DNA of 43,098 nucleotides, taken from positions 1 through 43,098 of IMG/VR virus record IMGVR_UViG_3300034079_000007, one strand, 5' to 3'. This DNA comes from a virus. Its lineage: Duplodnaviria; Caudoviricetes. The notes beneath the pieces are model-generated. The model was not told the DNA's origin. It did not search any database and saw only the letters and a program-made list of their open reading frames with translations. Below are positions 27,414 through 36,748 of the stretch, in pieces (the first letter of the stretch is position 1; every line of letters begins with the position of its first letter). A program made the translations under genes and the position numbers.

Positions 27414-27983
27414 TTAAAGTTGTTGCGGTTGAGAATTAATATCCAGCTGAAGCAACGTTGCTGTCAAGGAGAATCCAATAGATTGCACGATCTCGCCAAT
27501 AGCCACTGGACGAGTTGCAGTAACGGCACCAGCAACGCTAGGAGATAGCCAGTATTGTGTTCCTACTGCCATGCCTGAGAATGCATCTGAGCATCCGCGC
27601 ATCCACCATAGTTCAAACTGCTCTCCGGCGGCTGCAGAACTATTAACAACTCCATGTGCCATTGTTGCCATTGTGTCTGCCCGAGCAAGTCTAGCTTTTA
27701 GGATGCCGGCGTCACTGTATAGGTTTGCCAGTTGTCCCCTAGCCATTGGGACACTTGCAATCGGATACATCTTTATAAGATTAGCCTCAAGAAGCGTATC
27801 TTGATGAATCAGAGAACTCCAGTACTCTTGTGCCTCAGGATCAATTCCAGCGTACTTTGATACTCCTAATTGCAACTGTTGAATAGCCCGGAATACCAAA
27901 AAGAACAAATCATACAGTTCAGGCGGTGTTCCATCAGGAGGAATCTGCGGAAGCCCTGTGATGATTTTTGAGCTAATTGCCAT
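27414..27983 (-). CDS. Tail-associated structural protein (189 aa)
   Basis: Coupled to the nozzle gene. N-terminal helix plus a C-terminal beta domain (G..YWLS...AG..T...P....VQ.IG) of a kind seen in virion fibre/cement proteins. Confidence 0.6.
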   Translation of the reverse strand: MAISSKIITGLPQIPPDGTPPELYDLFFLVFRAIQQLQLGVSKYAGIDPEAQEYWSSLIHQDTLLEANLIKMYPIASVPMARGQLANLYSDAGILKARLARADTMATMAHGVVNSSAAAGEQFELWWMRGCSDAFSGMAVGTQYWLSPSVAGAVTATRPVAIGEIVQSIGFSLTATLLQLDINSQPQQL

Positions 27984-29632
27984 TACCTATCCCCATCACT
28001 GCCAGCAGTGGCAACATATGTGCTAAGTGCAAATGTACCGCAGACTGCCACTGATACGTTTTTGCCTGTGATGCGTTTCAGCCATTCTTGAAAATAGTTT
28101 CCAAGGCTTTGCTTGAGATACATTGGCTGTCCCGCACTCAGATTCAAGCCATCTGGTGACGCCATTGCATAGCAGGAAACTGACGGGGTACCATCGGTGA
28201 GATCATGATAGGTGCCTTCAAGCTCAAAACTGTTGAGGGTACACACCCTGGCGCGTACGAGTTGAAACTTTCCAAAAATAACAACACCAGCATGCTGAGT
28301 GTCTTTGTTGTAATCTGCTATTAGCACGTGAGCTTCACCATTGGCTTTTAAGAAACCGATGCTACGCTTAGAGGAGATTGGAGTGACAATGCCAGTTGCA
28401 AGTCCTTCATAGGTTGTATCTTGCAGATCTTCATAGGAGGTCAACGCAAGATCATCGTAACTCAAATCACCCACTATCGAACCTTGGCGATAAGCAAAGC
28501 AGTCTACATGGTCTATTTTTACCTTTCCCCAGCGCCGAAGTGTTGTATCATAGATCAAAGCGTACTGATATACGTTACTACCGTCCACGGAGTAGGAGAG
28601 CACAAGATAACGACCCGCTATATATGCAGTTTTCACTTGAAATTCAGTTCCAGTTGTACGAAGCTGTACCAAGGCATGTGTAGCCCAGTTATAAGTTTCA
28701 TACATCCTACCTGTAAAGAAATCATTGACCTCTCCATTCAAAGGTTTCGCAGACTGGAGTGTGATTTCTTGCGCACCGTTGCTAGTCCAGGCGTATTGTA
28801 TACCAGAAGATTGTTCTGTTGTAACCTGCTCATAGCTCGTGATTCCACCAGCATTTGCAATCTCCTTGAAAGCGAAAGGAGCTCTGATATTGCCACTATA
28901 ATTTGCAGCCACTGCATTCACAAGAGTGTAGACTATAAATCCACCATTAGTTCCAAGGATTGCGGTGATAGAACCTTTAAGATCCTGGGGTATCTGAAAG
29001 CCCGCACCGGTTATTACACTCGGTGCAAAGTCAAGAGGGTCAATCAAACTACTCCAGTGCACAGTGTTGCCAATTCCTGCGAGTAGATAATTGTTGCTAG
29101 CTCCGATACATTTGATATCGGTGTCCGTTATTCCAGTCAGTGTCTGCTTGTTAAAAGTATTAACAGTTACGTTATATTCATAGATTCCAAGTCCACTGTA
29201 ACATATGAATGTACGGCCATTAACATATGCTCTTGAAACCTCTAAACCTCCAGCATTGATTGGATTGACACTTTCCCAAAGTTGTGTTAGCGGCTTGTAG
29301 ATATAGTTCTTGCCACCAGCCGGGGAGAATATGTATGCGAATTCATCTGTATCTCTGATTGTTATCAGGCTATCAAAATCAGTACTTGTGGCACTGACAC
29401 CTTCCAATACTCTTTGAAATGTGCAAGATTGATAACCCTCTCCTGTGGGTATTACATTCTCACAGAAGAGCACTTGCGGGGTATTTGATTCTGACTCACC
29501 TTCCGCTTGAGTTGTTTGGCGCTTCGGCGTATTCAGATCTAGCTGCGGTTGCACAGCAGTGCGACCTTGCAGAGTAGAGACAAACGGAAACTGGGCAGTT
29601 GTCAACTTACCCCTGAATGTTTGAGTGCTCAT
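27983..29632 (-). CDS. Tail nozzle / tubular protein (P22 gp10- or T7 gp12-like beta-propeller)
   Basis: 549 aa, beta-rich, ENVIPT and HWSSL.DP.DF motifs, position in a podovirus tail module. Confidence 0.7.
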   Translation of the reverse strand: MSTQTFRGKLTTAQFPFVSTLQGRTAVQPQLDLNTPKRQTTQAEGESESNTPQVLFCENVIPTGEGYQSCTFQRVLEGVSATSTDFDSLITIRDTDEFAYIFSPAGGKNYIYKPLTQLWESVNPINAGGLEVSRAYVNGRTFICYSGLGIYEYNVTVNTFNKQTLTGITDTDIKCIGASNNYLLAGIGNTVHWSSLIDPLDFAPSVITGAGFQIPQDLKGSITAILGTNGGFIVYTLVNAVAANYSGNIRAPFAFKEIANAGGITSYEQVTTEQSSGIQYAWTSNGAQEITLQSAKPLNGEVNDFFTGRMYETYNWATHALVQLRTTGTEFQVKTAYIAGRYLVLSYSVDGSNVYQYALIYDTTLRRWGKVKIDHVDCFAYRQGSIVGDLSYDDLALTSYEDLQDTTYEGLATGIVTPISSKRSIGFLKANGEAHVLIADYNKDTQHAGVVIFGKFQLVRARVCTLNSFELEGTYHDLTDGTPSVSCYAMASPDGLNLSAGQPMYLKQSLGNYFQEWLKRITGKNVSVAVCGTFALSTYVATAGSDGDR

Positions 29633-30069
29633 GATGCAGCTGAAACGCCTAAATAAGTAGCAGGCGCCCAGGTCTCAAGTCCAGAAACAAGCGGGTCAAC
29701 AGCAAGATACACCCTGTCATTCTGCTGTAGATAAATTAGCACTGAAATATTATTTGCCACGCTCCAGTCCCAGACAGTTGAAAATGCCAAAATTGCATTG
29801 CTAGATATCATCGGCAATCCTGCGGGGATTTTGTAGAAACCTACTGTAAGGGATGTACTTCCGCCAGAAGGAGTATTTCCAAGCCGTAACTTATATAGTC
29901 CCGTCTTCTGGACAAGATAAGTGTTAGCAGCACTTCCAGTATTAATGGAAGCAGCAAGAGTTGCTGGGAGTATTGCAACTACGGCGCCAACAGACCAAAC
30001 TCTGACGTCTCCTGGCTGTACAATGTCTGGTCGCGGTTTACCAAGTACTGGAAATAGGCCTAAATTCAT
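29629..30069 (-). CDS. Putative tail-associated protein (146 aa)
   Basis: GGAG RBS, beta-rich, located in the tail module. Confidence 0.6.
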   Translation of the reverse strand: MNLGLFPVLGKPRPDIVQPGDVRVWSVGAVVAILPATLAASINTGSAANTYLVQKTGLYKLRLGNTPSGGSTSLTVGFYKIPAGLPMISSNAILAFSTVWDWSVANNISVLIYLQQNDRVYLAVDPLVSGLETWAPATYLGVSAAS

Positions 30070-30087
30070 GCTATACTCCAGAAGAGC

Positions 30088-30471
30088 TTAAAACTCGCCG
30101 CCACGAACAATGCTGATGTCAAAAGACTCAGCTTTCTCGGTAGCTACTCTGATGCTCCAACCGGATTTGAGTACCAGCCCAAGTTCATAGAGGCTTGTTT
30201 CAAACGCAGCAACTGTTGCACTTGCAGTGATTGCAGTAACCAACACTTCAGCCAGCAGAAAATATGCTGTACCACTGTGCAAGAATATTCTGATCATGCC
30301 CGCGGTAGTAGTGACCTTTGCCTTGATCTTAATCTCATCAATACGCGCACCATTTGCAGGAGCCGTATAAAGCGTGCCAACTGTACCCGTGCCATCCCTA
30401 TTAGGGTTAGCAGTGGCAATGTTAACAGCGGCAGAAATGATAGTTGTTGCAAAAAGCGGTTGAGTAGACAT
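30088..30471 (-). CDS. Small beta-sandwich virion protein (127 aa)
   Basis: GAAAGG RBS. The TANPNRDGTGT..TLYTA..NG.RID pattern is recalled from phage fibre-associated proteins. Confidence 0.65.
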   Translation of the reverse strand: MSTQPLFATTIISAAVNIATANPNRDGTGTVGTLYTAPANGARIDEIKIKAKVTTTAGMIRIFLHSGTAYFLLAEVLVTAITASATVAAFETSLYELGLVLKSGWSIRVATEKAESFDISIVRGGEF

Positions 30472-30497
30472 GATTACCTTTCAAACTAGAAAGTGGT

Positions 30498-30722
30498 TTA
30501 ATAAAAAGTGATGTGTTCAAAGTATGCGTCTGGTTGTCGCCATGCTGCGGCACCTGCAACAACCGTCAAAATAGATCCGTCGTTGCCTGCCATTGCTGGA
30601 AGTCCTGCCGCCACAATACTATTTAAATAAGCCTTGATTGCGCGAAATTCAGCAGCGGCAGTTTTTGCTTTAACAGTATCTATAGGCTGTGTAGCATCTG
30701 TTGCATTTGGGGTGTATGCCAT
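30498..30722 (-). CDS. Short tail-fibre anchor-like protein (74 aa)
   Basis: YTPNATDATQP...AAEFRAIKAYL followed by LPAMAGNDGSILTV, typical of fibre N-terminal and linker segments. Confidence 0.6.
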   Translation of the reverse strand: MAYTPNATDATQPIDTVKAKTAAAEFRAIKAYLNSIVAAGLPAMAGNDGSILTVVAGAAAWRQPDAYFEHITFY

Positions 30723-30725
30723 GGG

Positions 30726-30962
30726 TTATCCCTTGCCAAAAAAGATGATAAATAATTTACCAATATCGGGACTCTTACCCATAACGAACCCAATGGTAAG
30801 AAGCCCTAATACTGGGAGGATTTTCTTAAAAAGAGTTTTACCGCCCTCTTTATAAAACTCTTCCCACATTTTCTTAACTGCCATATCTGCTGCGTGTTGT
30901 GCAATTAGCAATTCACGCTCAGTCAGTTCTAATTTTCCGGAAACTATGATGTCTTGGGTCAT
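30726..30962 (-). CDS. Small membrane protein (78 aa, MTQDIIV...), possibly lysis-related
   Basis: ATG 30962; one C-terminal hydrophobic helix preceded by KK. Confidence 0.6.
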   Translation of the reverse strand: MTQDIIVSGKLELTERELLIAQHAADMAVKKMWEEFYKEGGKTLFKKILPVLGLLTIGFVMGKSPDIGKLFIIFFGKG

Positions 30963-31002
30963 GTTTACTGACTTTCTGGTTATGGGCAACACGTACAAGT
31001 TA

Positions 31003-31065
31003 TCAACCTAGACTAATTCCAGGAGTGTCTTTGGTGTGGGAGCCGATGTAGAGGGCTATTTTCAT
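31003..31065 (-). pseudogene. 20-codon gene remnant (MKIALYIGSHTKDTPGISLG*)
   Basis: ATG with an AGG upstream, then tandem TGA TAA. The frame continues LVRVAH. It resembles the start of phage permuted papain-like peptidases (from memory). Confidence 0.35.
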
Positions 31066-31099
31066 AACCTATCCATGCTTTTCTTATCCATTAGGTAGT

Positions 31100-32605
31100 T
31101 CATGCTAGTTCATAGGTTACTTGCATTCTCACATAATCATTCGCAGCCCATGTCACGGGAACTGCCGGACCCCAATTGTTGCTTCCAGCATGAGAAATGA
31201 TGGTTATTCCCAGCGTAGTCGGTGATGTGTTGGTTATTGTTGCTCCTACCTGGAATGCAACGCCCGTCCTAAGTCCATATGCCGACCCCATTGACACCCT
31301 ACTTGCCTTCAAGAATGAAAGCGACGCCGGAAGACTAAATGTCCATATACCAGTTCCTGTAGTTGTACTTGCTCCAATCGTCAAATACATTTGAACCGTA
31401 ATGGTTCTTCCTGCTCTGAATAGTCTTCCTGTCAAAGTACCATCATTCAAAACAGGATTAACTGAGGAAGCCGTCCAAACTGGAGTGAAATCTGTTTCAT
31501 ATCGATCTACAAAATTTGAGGAAGAAGCGGAATTGTCGATAATTTGTGGTGTTGTAGCGGAATAATTACCTGAAATAGTGGAAGATGTAAGACTTGAGCC
31601 AAGCTCTATAGAACCTGCTACATCGTTTCCAGAAAATATGTGATTAACTCCATTAATAGTGCAATTTGATCCAGTTGTTGAAATTCTATTACCGACTGCA
31701 ATAACTTTTGCTGATGCAGTACCGTAAGTAATATTTCGTGTATAACAACCAGTAATCAGCGTGTTATCTGCACCACCAGTATCTACCAATACATAAGATG
31801 AAGTATTAACTCCGTTAAAATGTCGCGGTGACGCAGATACATCTGTTGGCAATTTTACGCATACATCGCCAGCTACAGTTCTCCACATCTCAGTTCCAGG
31901 TGTCGCATGAAAACCAGACCCAGCACTAGCTGCGGTAAACTCAAGGCAATAATCACTGAAATTCTTTAGAAAACAGACGTCAATAGTTTGGTTCGTTGTG
32001 CCAGTATTAATCAATACTCCACGCCCAGTATAAGTAGCACCTTGCCCATTTATTTGCAAGTGTTTGAGAATTGATCCAGTTCCAAGTATAAGAGCATCGC
32101 CATTGAATGCTTTTGTGAATACAGTTTGGTATTTTCCTTCCCCCTCTAGCGTAGTAAATCCAGGCACTGTAAGTTGAGCGGTGAATTTAGGAGTGCCAGA
32201 AGCTAGCACGCGGTCTGCTCCGCTATTTAATGCATTTTGAATTGCTGTAGTATCGTCCGTAACTCCGTCGCAAACAGCACCAAATTGTTTGATGTGTACT
32301 GTCCTGCGTAACTCGGTTTGAGCAGTAGTAGCAACAGCACCTGTGCCTGATTGGATGAAAGGTATTCTACCTGCCCCGCTGACACCTGTAATTTCATCAA
32401 TAGCAGCCTGCACAGTGGTAGCAACCATCGGAGCAGTAGGCGTGTATGTATTGTTAGCTGCAAGCTGCTGTTGCCATTCAAGCAGTTGAGTTACAGGATT
32501 CCAGACAAGCGTCTGGCCAACCAAGCCAGTATCTGCAGGCGTAGCAGATTCAAGAGGAATTGCAAAAGCATTGACACCATCACCGCCCCAAACATTTATA
32601 GTCAT
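31100..32605 (-). CDS. Tailspike / receptor-binding protein with a pectate-lyase-like beta-helix
   Basis: F.QSGTGAVA.T.Q..LR..V.IKQFGAVCDGVTDDTTAIQNALN, Asn/Gly/Thr-rich beta-helix repeats and a C-terminal beta domain. Confidence 0.85.
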   Translation of the reverse strand: MTINVWGGDGVNAFAIPLESATPADTGLVGQTLVWNPVTQLLEWQQQLAANNTYTPTAPMVATTVQAAIDEITGVSGAGRIPFIQSGTGAVATTAQTELRRTVHIKQFGAVCDGVTDDTTAIQNALNSGADRVLASGTPKFTAQLTVPGFTTLEGEGKYQTVFTKAFNGDALILGTGSILKHLQINGQGATYTGRGVLINTGTTNQTIDVCFLKNFSDYCLEFTAASAGSGFHATPGTEMWRTVAGDVCVKLPTDVSASPRHFNGVNTSSYVLVDTGGADNTLITGCYTRNITYGTASAKVIAVGNRISTTGSNCTINGVNHIFSGNDVAGSIELGSSLTSSTISGNYSATTPQIIDNSASSSNFVDRYETDFTPVWTASSVNPVLNDGTLTGRLFRAGRTITVQMYLTIGASTTTGTGIWTFSLPASLSFLKASRVSMGSAYGLRTGVAFQVGATITNTSPTTLGITIISHAGSNNWGPAVPVTWAANDYVRMQVTYELA

Positions 32606-32618
32606 TCTATTGCTCCTG

Positions 32619-33233
32619 CTATCTACTGACTGTTGTTAGGAAATTGGAGTCAAGCTGTGGTTTTAGAATTTCCATCACAAACTTGAAGAAGCTGTTAGCC
32701 TTCTCCTGATTGCCATTTGCACGTAACACAAGATGTGCTGCATACATTACAATGATATCTTTTGCAAGCTGAGCAATCCAACTGTTATAAGATGCTCGCA
32801 CAGTACTAGGATATTGATAATAGCTCACCAGATATCCATATGCTTGCACCTCTGATCTGATATGCACAACAGTTCCAGCCATGTAGGCTATATTATTCTT
32901 CATGTGCCTATACTCAGGGTCTCGTATATCGCTGATGTCAGTAACCTCGATCTCAGGATATGCCATGGGGTCATCATTAGCATCCGAAATAAAAACACTG
33001 CTTAGTCCGCGAATTCGTGGCATCAGAGTGGTTGTATCTAGCGATTGAATGTAAGAAGGGGCAGTAATTTTAATGAGCTGTGTGTTCAAATCCCTAGGAT
33101 ACATCCCAAATCCATGACAACTGAGAGTTGCAGTCCGCACTGCAATTTCAGTCTCTGCCACAAGATCAGGTCGATTGGTTAAACTGATAACATCAGCAAC
33201 AACCGCATCATAGGTGTCTGTATACAAGCTCAC
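32619..33233 (-). CDS. Head-tail adaptor protein
   Basis: AGGAG RBS with GTG start; V..LTNRPDL N-terminus and SWIA...DII..AA C-terminus; position after the capsid genes. Confidence 0.65.
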   Translation of the reverse strand: MSLYTDTYDAVVADVISLTNRPDLVAETEIAVRTATLSCHGFGMYPRDLNTQLIKITAPSYIQSLDTTTLMPRIRGLSSVFISDANDDPMAYPEIEVTDISDIRDPEYRHMKNNIAYMAGTVVHIRSEVQAYGYLVSYYQYPSTVRASYNSWIAQLAKDIIVMYAAHLVLRANGNQEKANSFFKFVMEILKPQLDSNFLTTVSR

Positions 33234-33247
33234 GAAAATCTCCTGAA

Positions 33248-33616
33248 CTATTTACCAGCCTTGGCAGCAGCGATGATCTTGCCGAGGTCTGCAGTAGTAG
33301 CGGAAACTGCCGGATTTGCTGCTATTACTGCACTGTTTCCAGCGTCTGCAACAGCTGCCGCAAGAGAAGGATCAGCGGGTTTGGCAGGCTGCTCCAGATC
33401 TACTGTTACCTTGTTAGGTTCAGCCGGAACTGGCACTTCTTTGAGTTCTGAGATTTGCACAGTAGGCTGCACTGCCAATTTTCGCAACTCCTTTACCTCA
33501 TCCTCGTCAGTAGTTGTGTAGATGCCATGGCCGCCAGCAGCACCTGCGAATACGCAGACTTTGCCAGTTGGCATGATGAAGGTGGAATTTGCGATCAGGT
33601 GACGAAAGGTTGACAT
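33248..33616 (-). CDS. Hypothetical protein after the capsid gene (122 aa)
   Basis: GGAG RBS before ATG 33616; G.Y.T.DEDE..EL motif and Ala/Pro-rich tail. Confidence 0.75.
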   Translation of the reverse strand: MSTFRHLIANSTFIMPTGKVCVFAGAAGGHGIYTTTDEDEVKELRKLAVQPTVQISELKEVPVPAEPNKVTVDLEQPAKPADPSLAAAVADAGNSAVIAANPAVSATTADLGKIIAAAKAGK

Positions 33617-33656
33617 GTTTATTCTCCAGTGGGGCATTTACGAGTTAAGTTTCCAG

Positions 33657-33690
33657 AAAAAGCACGGTGAATTTCTTAGGTCCACCGTGC
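33657..33690 (-). terminator. Intrinsic terminator after the major capsid gene
   Basis: GCACGGTG...CACCGTGC stem followed by TTTTT on the minus strand. A second perfect hairpin GTAGCAAG/CTTGCTAC lies at 33694-33712. Confidence 0.8.
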
Positions 33691-33727
33691 AAAGTAGCAA
33701 GTTACTTGCTACACCCTCTGGAGACTT

Positions 33728-34933
33728 TTAGCCAACAGCACCAGCAGTGCCGTTATACAGGACAGCATCAGCAGCGGGATTGCGCACAGTGCAGGTCAGT
33801 TCGCTTGTAAGCGTACCACCAACAGCATCGACGCCGTTATCCACTACATTGCCATCCATGTTGAACTCGCGACTAGTAGTCTTGCGACCATTCAGATACG
33901 CGAGATTGAAAGTGGTGAGATCAACACCAATAGCCATCTTGGCCCAGGTAGCAGATTGCCCATAAGCATTGAGCAGAGGATGCTCAATGATATTGAATCG
34001 GCCACGTGGGATTTTGAAACTATCGAATTGCAGCCCCCAGCTAGTTTGGCCATCTTCGATGAAGTAGGTGCCATTCAGTCGGAAGATCTGATGCAGCACA
34101 CGGCGCATGAAACCACCAACAAACAGCAGACGCTCACCAACAGACTTCGGATCAGTAACTTGGTTGAAGCACGGATCAAGAGCCGCTTCCAGTTGAGTGT
34201 ACGTGGTAGTAGCGCCCAGCGTTGTGATGTTGCCAGCCGCTTGCTGCGTCAAGAAACTGATCAGGCCATCCATAGTGTGAATAGGCTGGTTGTTCCTGGT
34301 ACCCTGATACTTCTGGCCAAAGATGCTGGCTTTTTCGATATCGACTGCATGGAAAGCAGAGCAATCAGCCCGACTCTCAGCAACAGCAGAGTCACCAGCA
34401 GCCATTACTGTAGCGCGAGTGCTTTCCGATACTGCCCAGGTATTGCGGAAGATCTGCGTCAGATTCATCACACGCTGAGGGATGATGATAAGACTATTGG
34501 GGCGCAACGAACTTTCTTCGTATGCGTTACCAACCATCCACAGACTCACACCACTGAGAACAGCAGCAGCAGCAACAGAACCAAACCCACGCTGCACTGC
34601 AATCTGAGTAGCACCAATAACAGCCGTCACGAGAATGTTCTCGTTGGTGCTGTCAGCACGAATCACCATGCCGGGCAGGATGTTTGTAGTAGAGACCACA
34701 GTAAGAGTAGTGTCACCGATAGCCGCGTTTGCAGCAAGTGTCACTGACGGAAACACCATGGTTTTGCTGTAGAACCCGTGTTCAATTTGAACAGCAGTTT
34801 CTTCTTTCAGCAGAGCCGTCAGACCAAACAGTGGCGCACCACCATTTGGCATCAGACGGGTAATAGCGGCCGGAAAACTTTTCTTGGCCAGGTCATCAGG
34901 GATGACAGAAGTATTGAATCCACCAACAGCCAT
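33728..34933 (-). CDS. Major capsid protein (HK97 fold, DUF5309/SU10-like) with an inserted beta domain
   Basis: N.TQIFRNTWAVS.S..A, H..DIEKA.IFG, TMDGLI, IIEHPLL, G.LTSELT; follows scaffold; terminator downstream. Confidence 0.88.
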   Translation of the reverse strand: MAVGGFNTSVIPDDLAKKSFPAAITRLMPNGGAPLFGLTALLKEETAVQIEHGFYSKTMVFPSVTLAANAAIGDTTLTVVSTTNILPGMVIRADSTNENILVTAVIGATQIAVQRGFGSVAAAAVLSGVSLWMVGNAYEESSLRPNSLIIIPQRVMNLTQIFRNTWAVSESTRATVMAAGDSAVAESRADCSAFHAVDIEKASIFGQKYQGTRNNQPIHTMDGLISFLTQQAAGNITTLGATTTYTQLEAALDPCFNQVTDPKSVGERLLFVGGFMRRVLHQIFRLNGTYFIEDGQTSWGLQFDSFKIPRGRFNIIEHPLLNAYGQSATWAKMAIGVDLTTFNLAYLNGRKTTSREFNMDGNVVDNGVDAVGGTLTSELTCTVRNPAADAVLYNGTAGAVG

Positions 34934-34976
34934 TTTAGGCTCCTAATAGTTGAAGTTGTTGAAATGAAACTGCCGA

Positions 34977-35612
34977 TTAGATCGCAGCGGCAGAGATGCC
35001 CTTGACCATGTATCGCGGGAAGAATGTCACAGCTTGTGTGCCAGTGCCAGTAGCATTGCCAGACAGCGTGACAGTTTTTGCCAGTGCATTAACACCGATA
35101 ACTGTGCCACTCGCAGGCATGTTGGTACCAGAAACTCCCATGCCAGGTTCCACTGCTTTGATCTGAGCCTCAGTGAAACCTGTCAAAACTGCGCTAGCAT
35201 TGGTACTTGAAACATATGACACATTCTTGCGTTTGGTAGCCAAGATAGTGACAAGATAATCTCGCGCCAGTGAAGCTGCACAGGCAGTGTTTGCACCATC
35301 CAGTTCAGCACCCTCGGCCGCTACCATTGTCATTGCGAAGGCAACAGTATTGCGGAAGGTGAATCGAAAAGTATCACCCTTGGTAAGACCCGGATTTGCT
35401 GCAACCAGATTGTCAGAAATATCCAAGGTATCGTTATATGCCGCACCGGGACCAGAGCGGTCCACAATACCAGCATTCATAGCGGCAGCCGTCAGAGTCC
35501 CAGCACCAGCAGTGGTAATAGCCACCACCTGTTGTTGGGCCATCAGGACATCGCCGGGACTTTGTGGACGGAGATAATTATCTCCACTATCAACTCGACC
35601 TCGTACTTGCAT
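34977..35612 (-). CDS. Putative head decoration / minor capsid protein (211 aa)
   Basis: AGGAG RBS; Ala/Thr/Gly-rich beta protein between scaffold and capsid genes. Confidence 0.6.
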   Translation of the reverse strand: MQVRGRVDSGDNYLRPQSPGDVLMAQQQVVAITTAGAGTLTAAAMNAGIVDRSGPGAAYNDTLDISDNLVAANPGLTKGDTFRFTFRNTVAFAMTMVAAEGAELDGANTACAASLARDYLVTILATKRKNVSYVSSTNASAVLTGFTEAQIKAVEPGMGVSGTNMPASGTVIGVNALAKTVTLSGNATGTGTQAVTFFPRYMVKGISAAAI

Positions 35613-35662
35613 TTAAAAACTCCTTGAAACTGAGATTATCGAACCAGAAACCGTTGCAGGAA

Positions 35663-36424
35663 TTAACGTTGCGTAGTTGCTGGAATACCAAGAGCTGACA
35701 TCCAATCAACCTCCCCGGCCTGTTGTTGCTGTTGCCGTTTGATGTTCTCGGGAGAACTATCAACGACAGCAGTAGCAAGGCCGCGAATGTAGTTGTGAAC
35801 TTCAGCTTCAATATCAGCAGGTTTCGCGTTTGGATTCCTTGCGAATGCTGTTTGTTTGAGTGCTGTTAACAGCGGTTGAACTGCGGGATGAGAGAGTACC
35901 GGATCATCTGTTTGGCTATTAAGCAGGGTAGTCCGGTTGATGTGAGTAGGAAGTGCCGCAGTAACCCGCTGATTGTTGGTCAGCATAGCTTGGTTAAGCA
36001 AGTCGGCTTGCGACAGCGTAACACCTGCAACAGCATTTCGTACTGCGCCGTCAATGATAGCGGCAAGAGCATTGCCATCACCACCTAGCGCTTTCTGAAG
36101 AAGTTCTGGATTGATCTCACCAGTAAAGTTCATTTTACCGGCAGAATCAATAACTTTTTGTCTATCAAGTGTGAAAACTGGTTGAGACAGTGGATCAACA
36201 GGAGCTTGGACCGGTTTTCCATCATCTGTAGTAGGAGTTTGCCACATCGACTTGAATTTATCAAGCTCGGAAGTGAATGAAGGCTCTACTGGTGCAGCAG
36301 GCGCAGCAGGGGTCGCAGCAACAGCTGGAGCACCTGGGGTAACAGTAGGGGCAGGAGCGCCAGGACGTCCGCCAGTACTTGGTGTGCCAGTAGCAGTATT
36401 GAAAAGCGAGTTAAGAAAGCTCAT
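35663..36424 (-). CDS. Putative capsid scaffolding protein
   Basis: Pro/Ala-rich N-terminus, helical body, C-terminal DW motif; lies between portal and capsid genes. Confidence 0.65.
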   Translation of the reverse strand: MSFLNSLFNTATGTPSTGGRPGAPAPTVTPGAPAVAATPAAPAAPVEPSFTSELDKFKSMWQTPTTDDGKPVQAPVDPLSQPVFTLDRQKVIDSAGKMNFTGEINPELLQKALGGDGNALAAIIDGAVRNAVAGVTLSQADLLNQAMLTNNQRVTAALPTHINRTTLLNSQTDDPVLSHPAVQPLLTALKQTAFARNPNAKPADIEAEVHNYIRGLATAVVDSSPENIKRQQQQQAGEVDWMSALGIPATTQR

Positions 36425-36433
36425 AAGAATCTC

Positions 36434-36748
36434 CTAGAAGGTTGTGGGCGGGTTTGATGCAATAGCAGGTGCCCCGTCTGCTGCTGCTAGGTGCTCATAG
36501 GTCTCCTGCACTTCTGCAAGAGTTTCCATCAAAAATCTATATCTGGATTGAGTCGCAATATACTGGAAGATTTGCTCATGCTGTATGACAGGATCACTGC
36601 TGAACGTAATATTCACAAGCTCGGCTACTAGGTCAGTAGCCTGGTGTTCCAGATAGGCAATAGATTCTTGCGACAACATCTTGGCTCGCACTAAGTCGCT
36701 GTCACTGAAATCATATTTTCCTATTCTTGGTGTGATTCGCTGTATCAT
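36434..36748 (-). CDS. Hypothetical protein (104 aa)
   Basis: TAATG coupling to the portal gene. Confidence 0.75.
   Translation of the reverse strand: MIQRITPRIGKYDFSDSDLVRAKMLSQESIAYLEHQATDLVAELVNITFSSDPVIQHEQIFQYIATQSRYRFLMETLAEVQETYEHLAAADGAPAIASNPPTTF

Noticed and set aside
30472-30510. Programmed frameshift joining the 74-aa anchor to the 127-aa gene at the T-run before the stop
   Set aside because: The frame that leads into ATG 30471 contains a TGA three codons upstream of it, and the downstream gene has its own RBS.
33956-34747. Long antisense ORFs (also 5929..6567, 16254..16910, 28421..29086, 39272..40060)
   Set aside because: They lie opposite well-supported genes, lack RBS or motifs, and are expected from codon bias.
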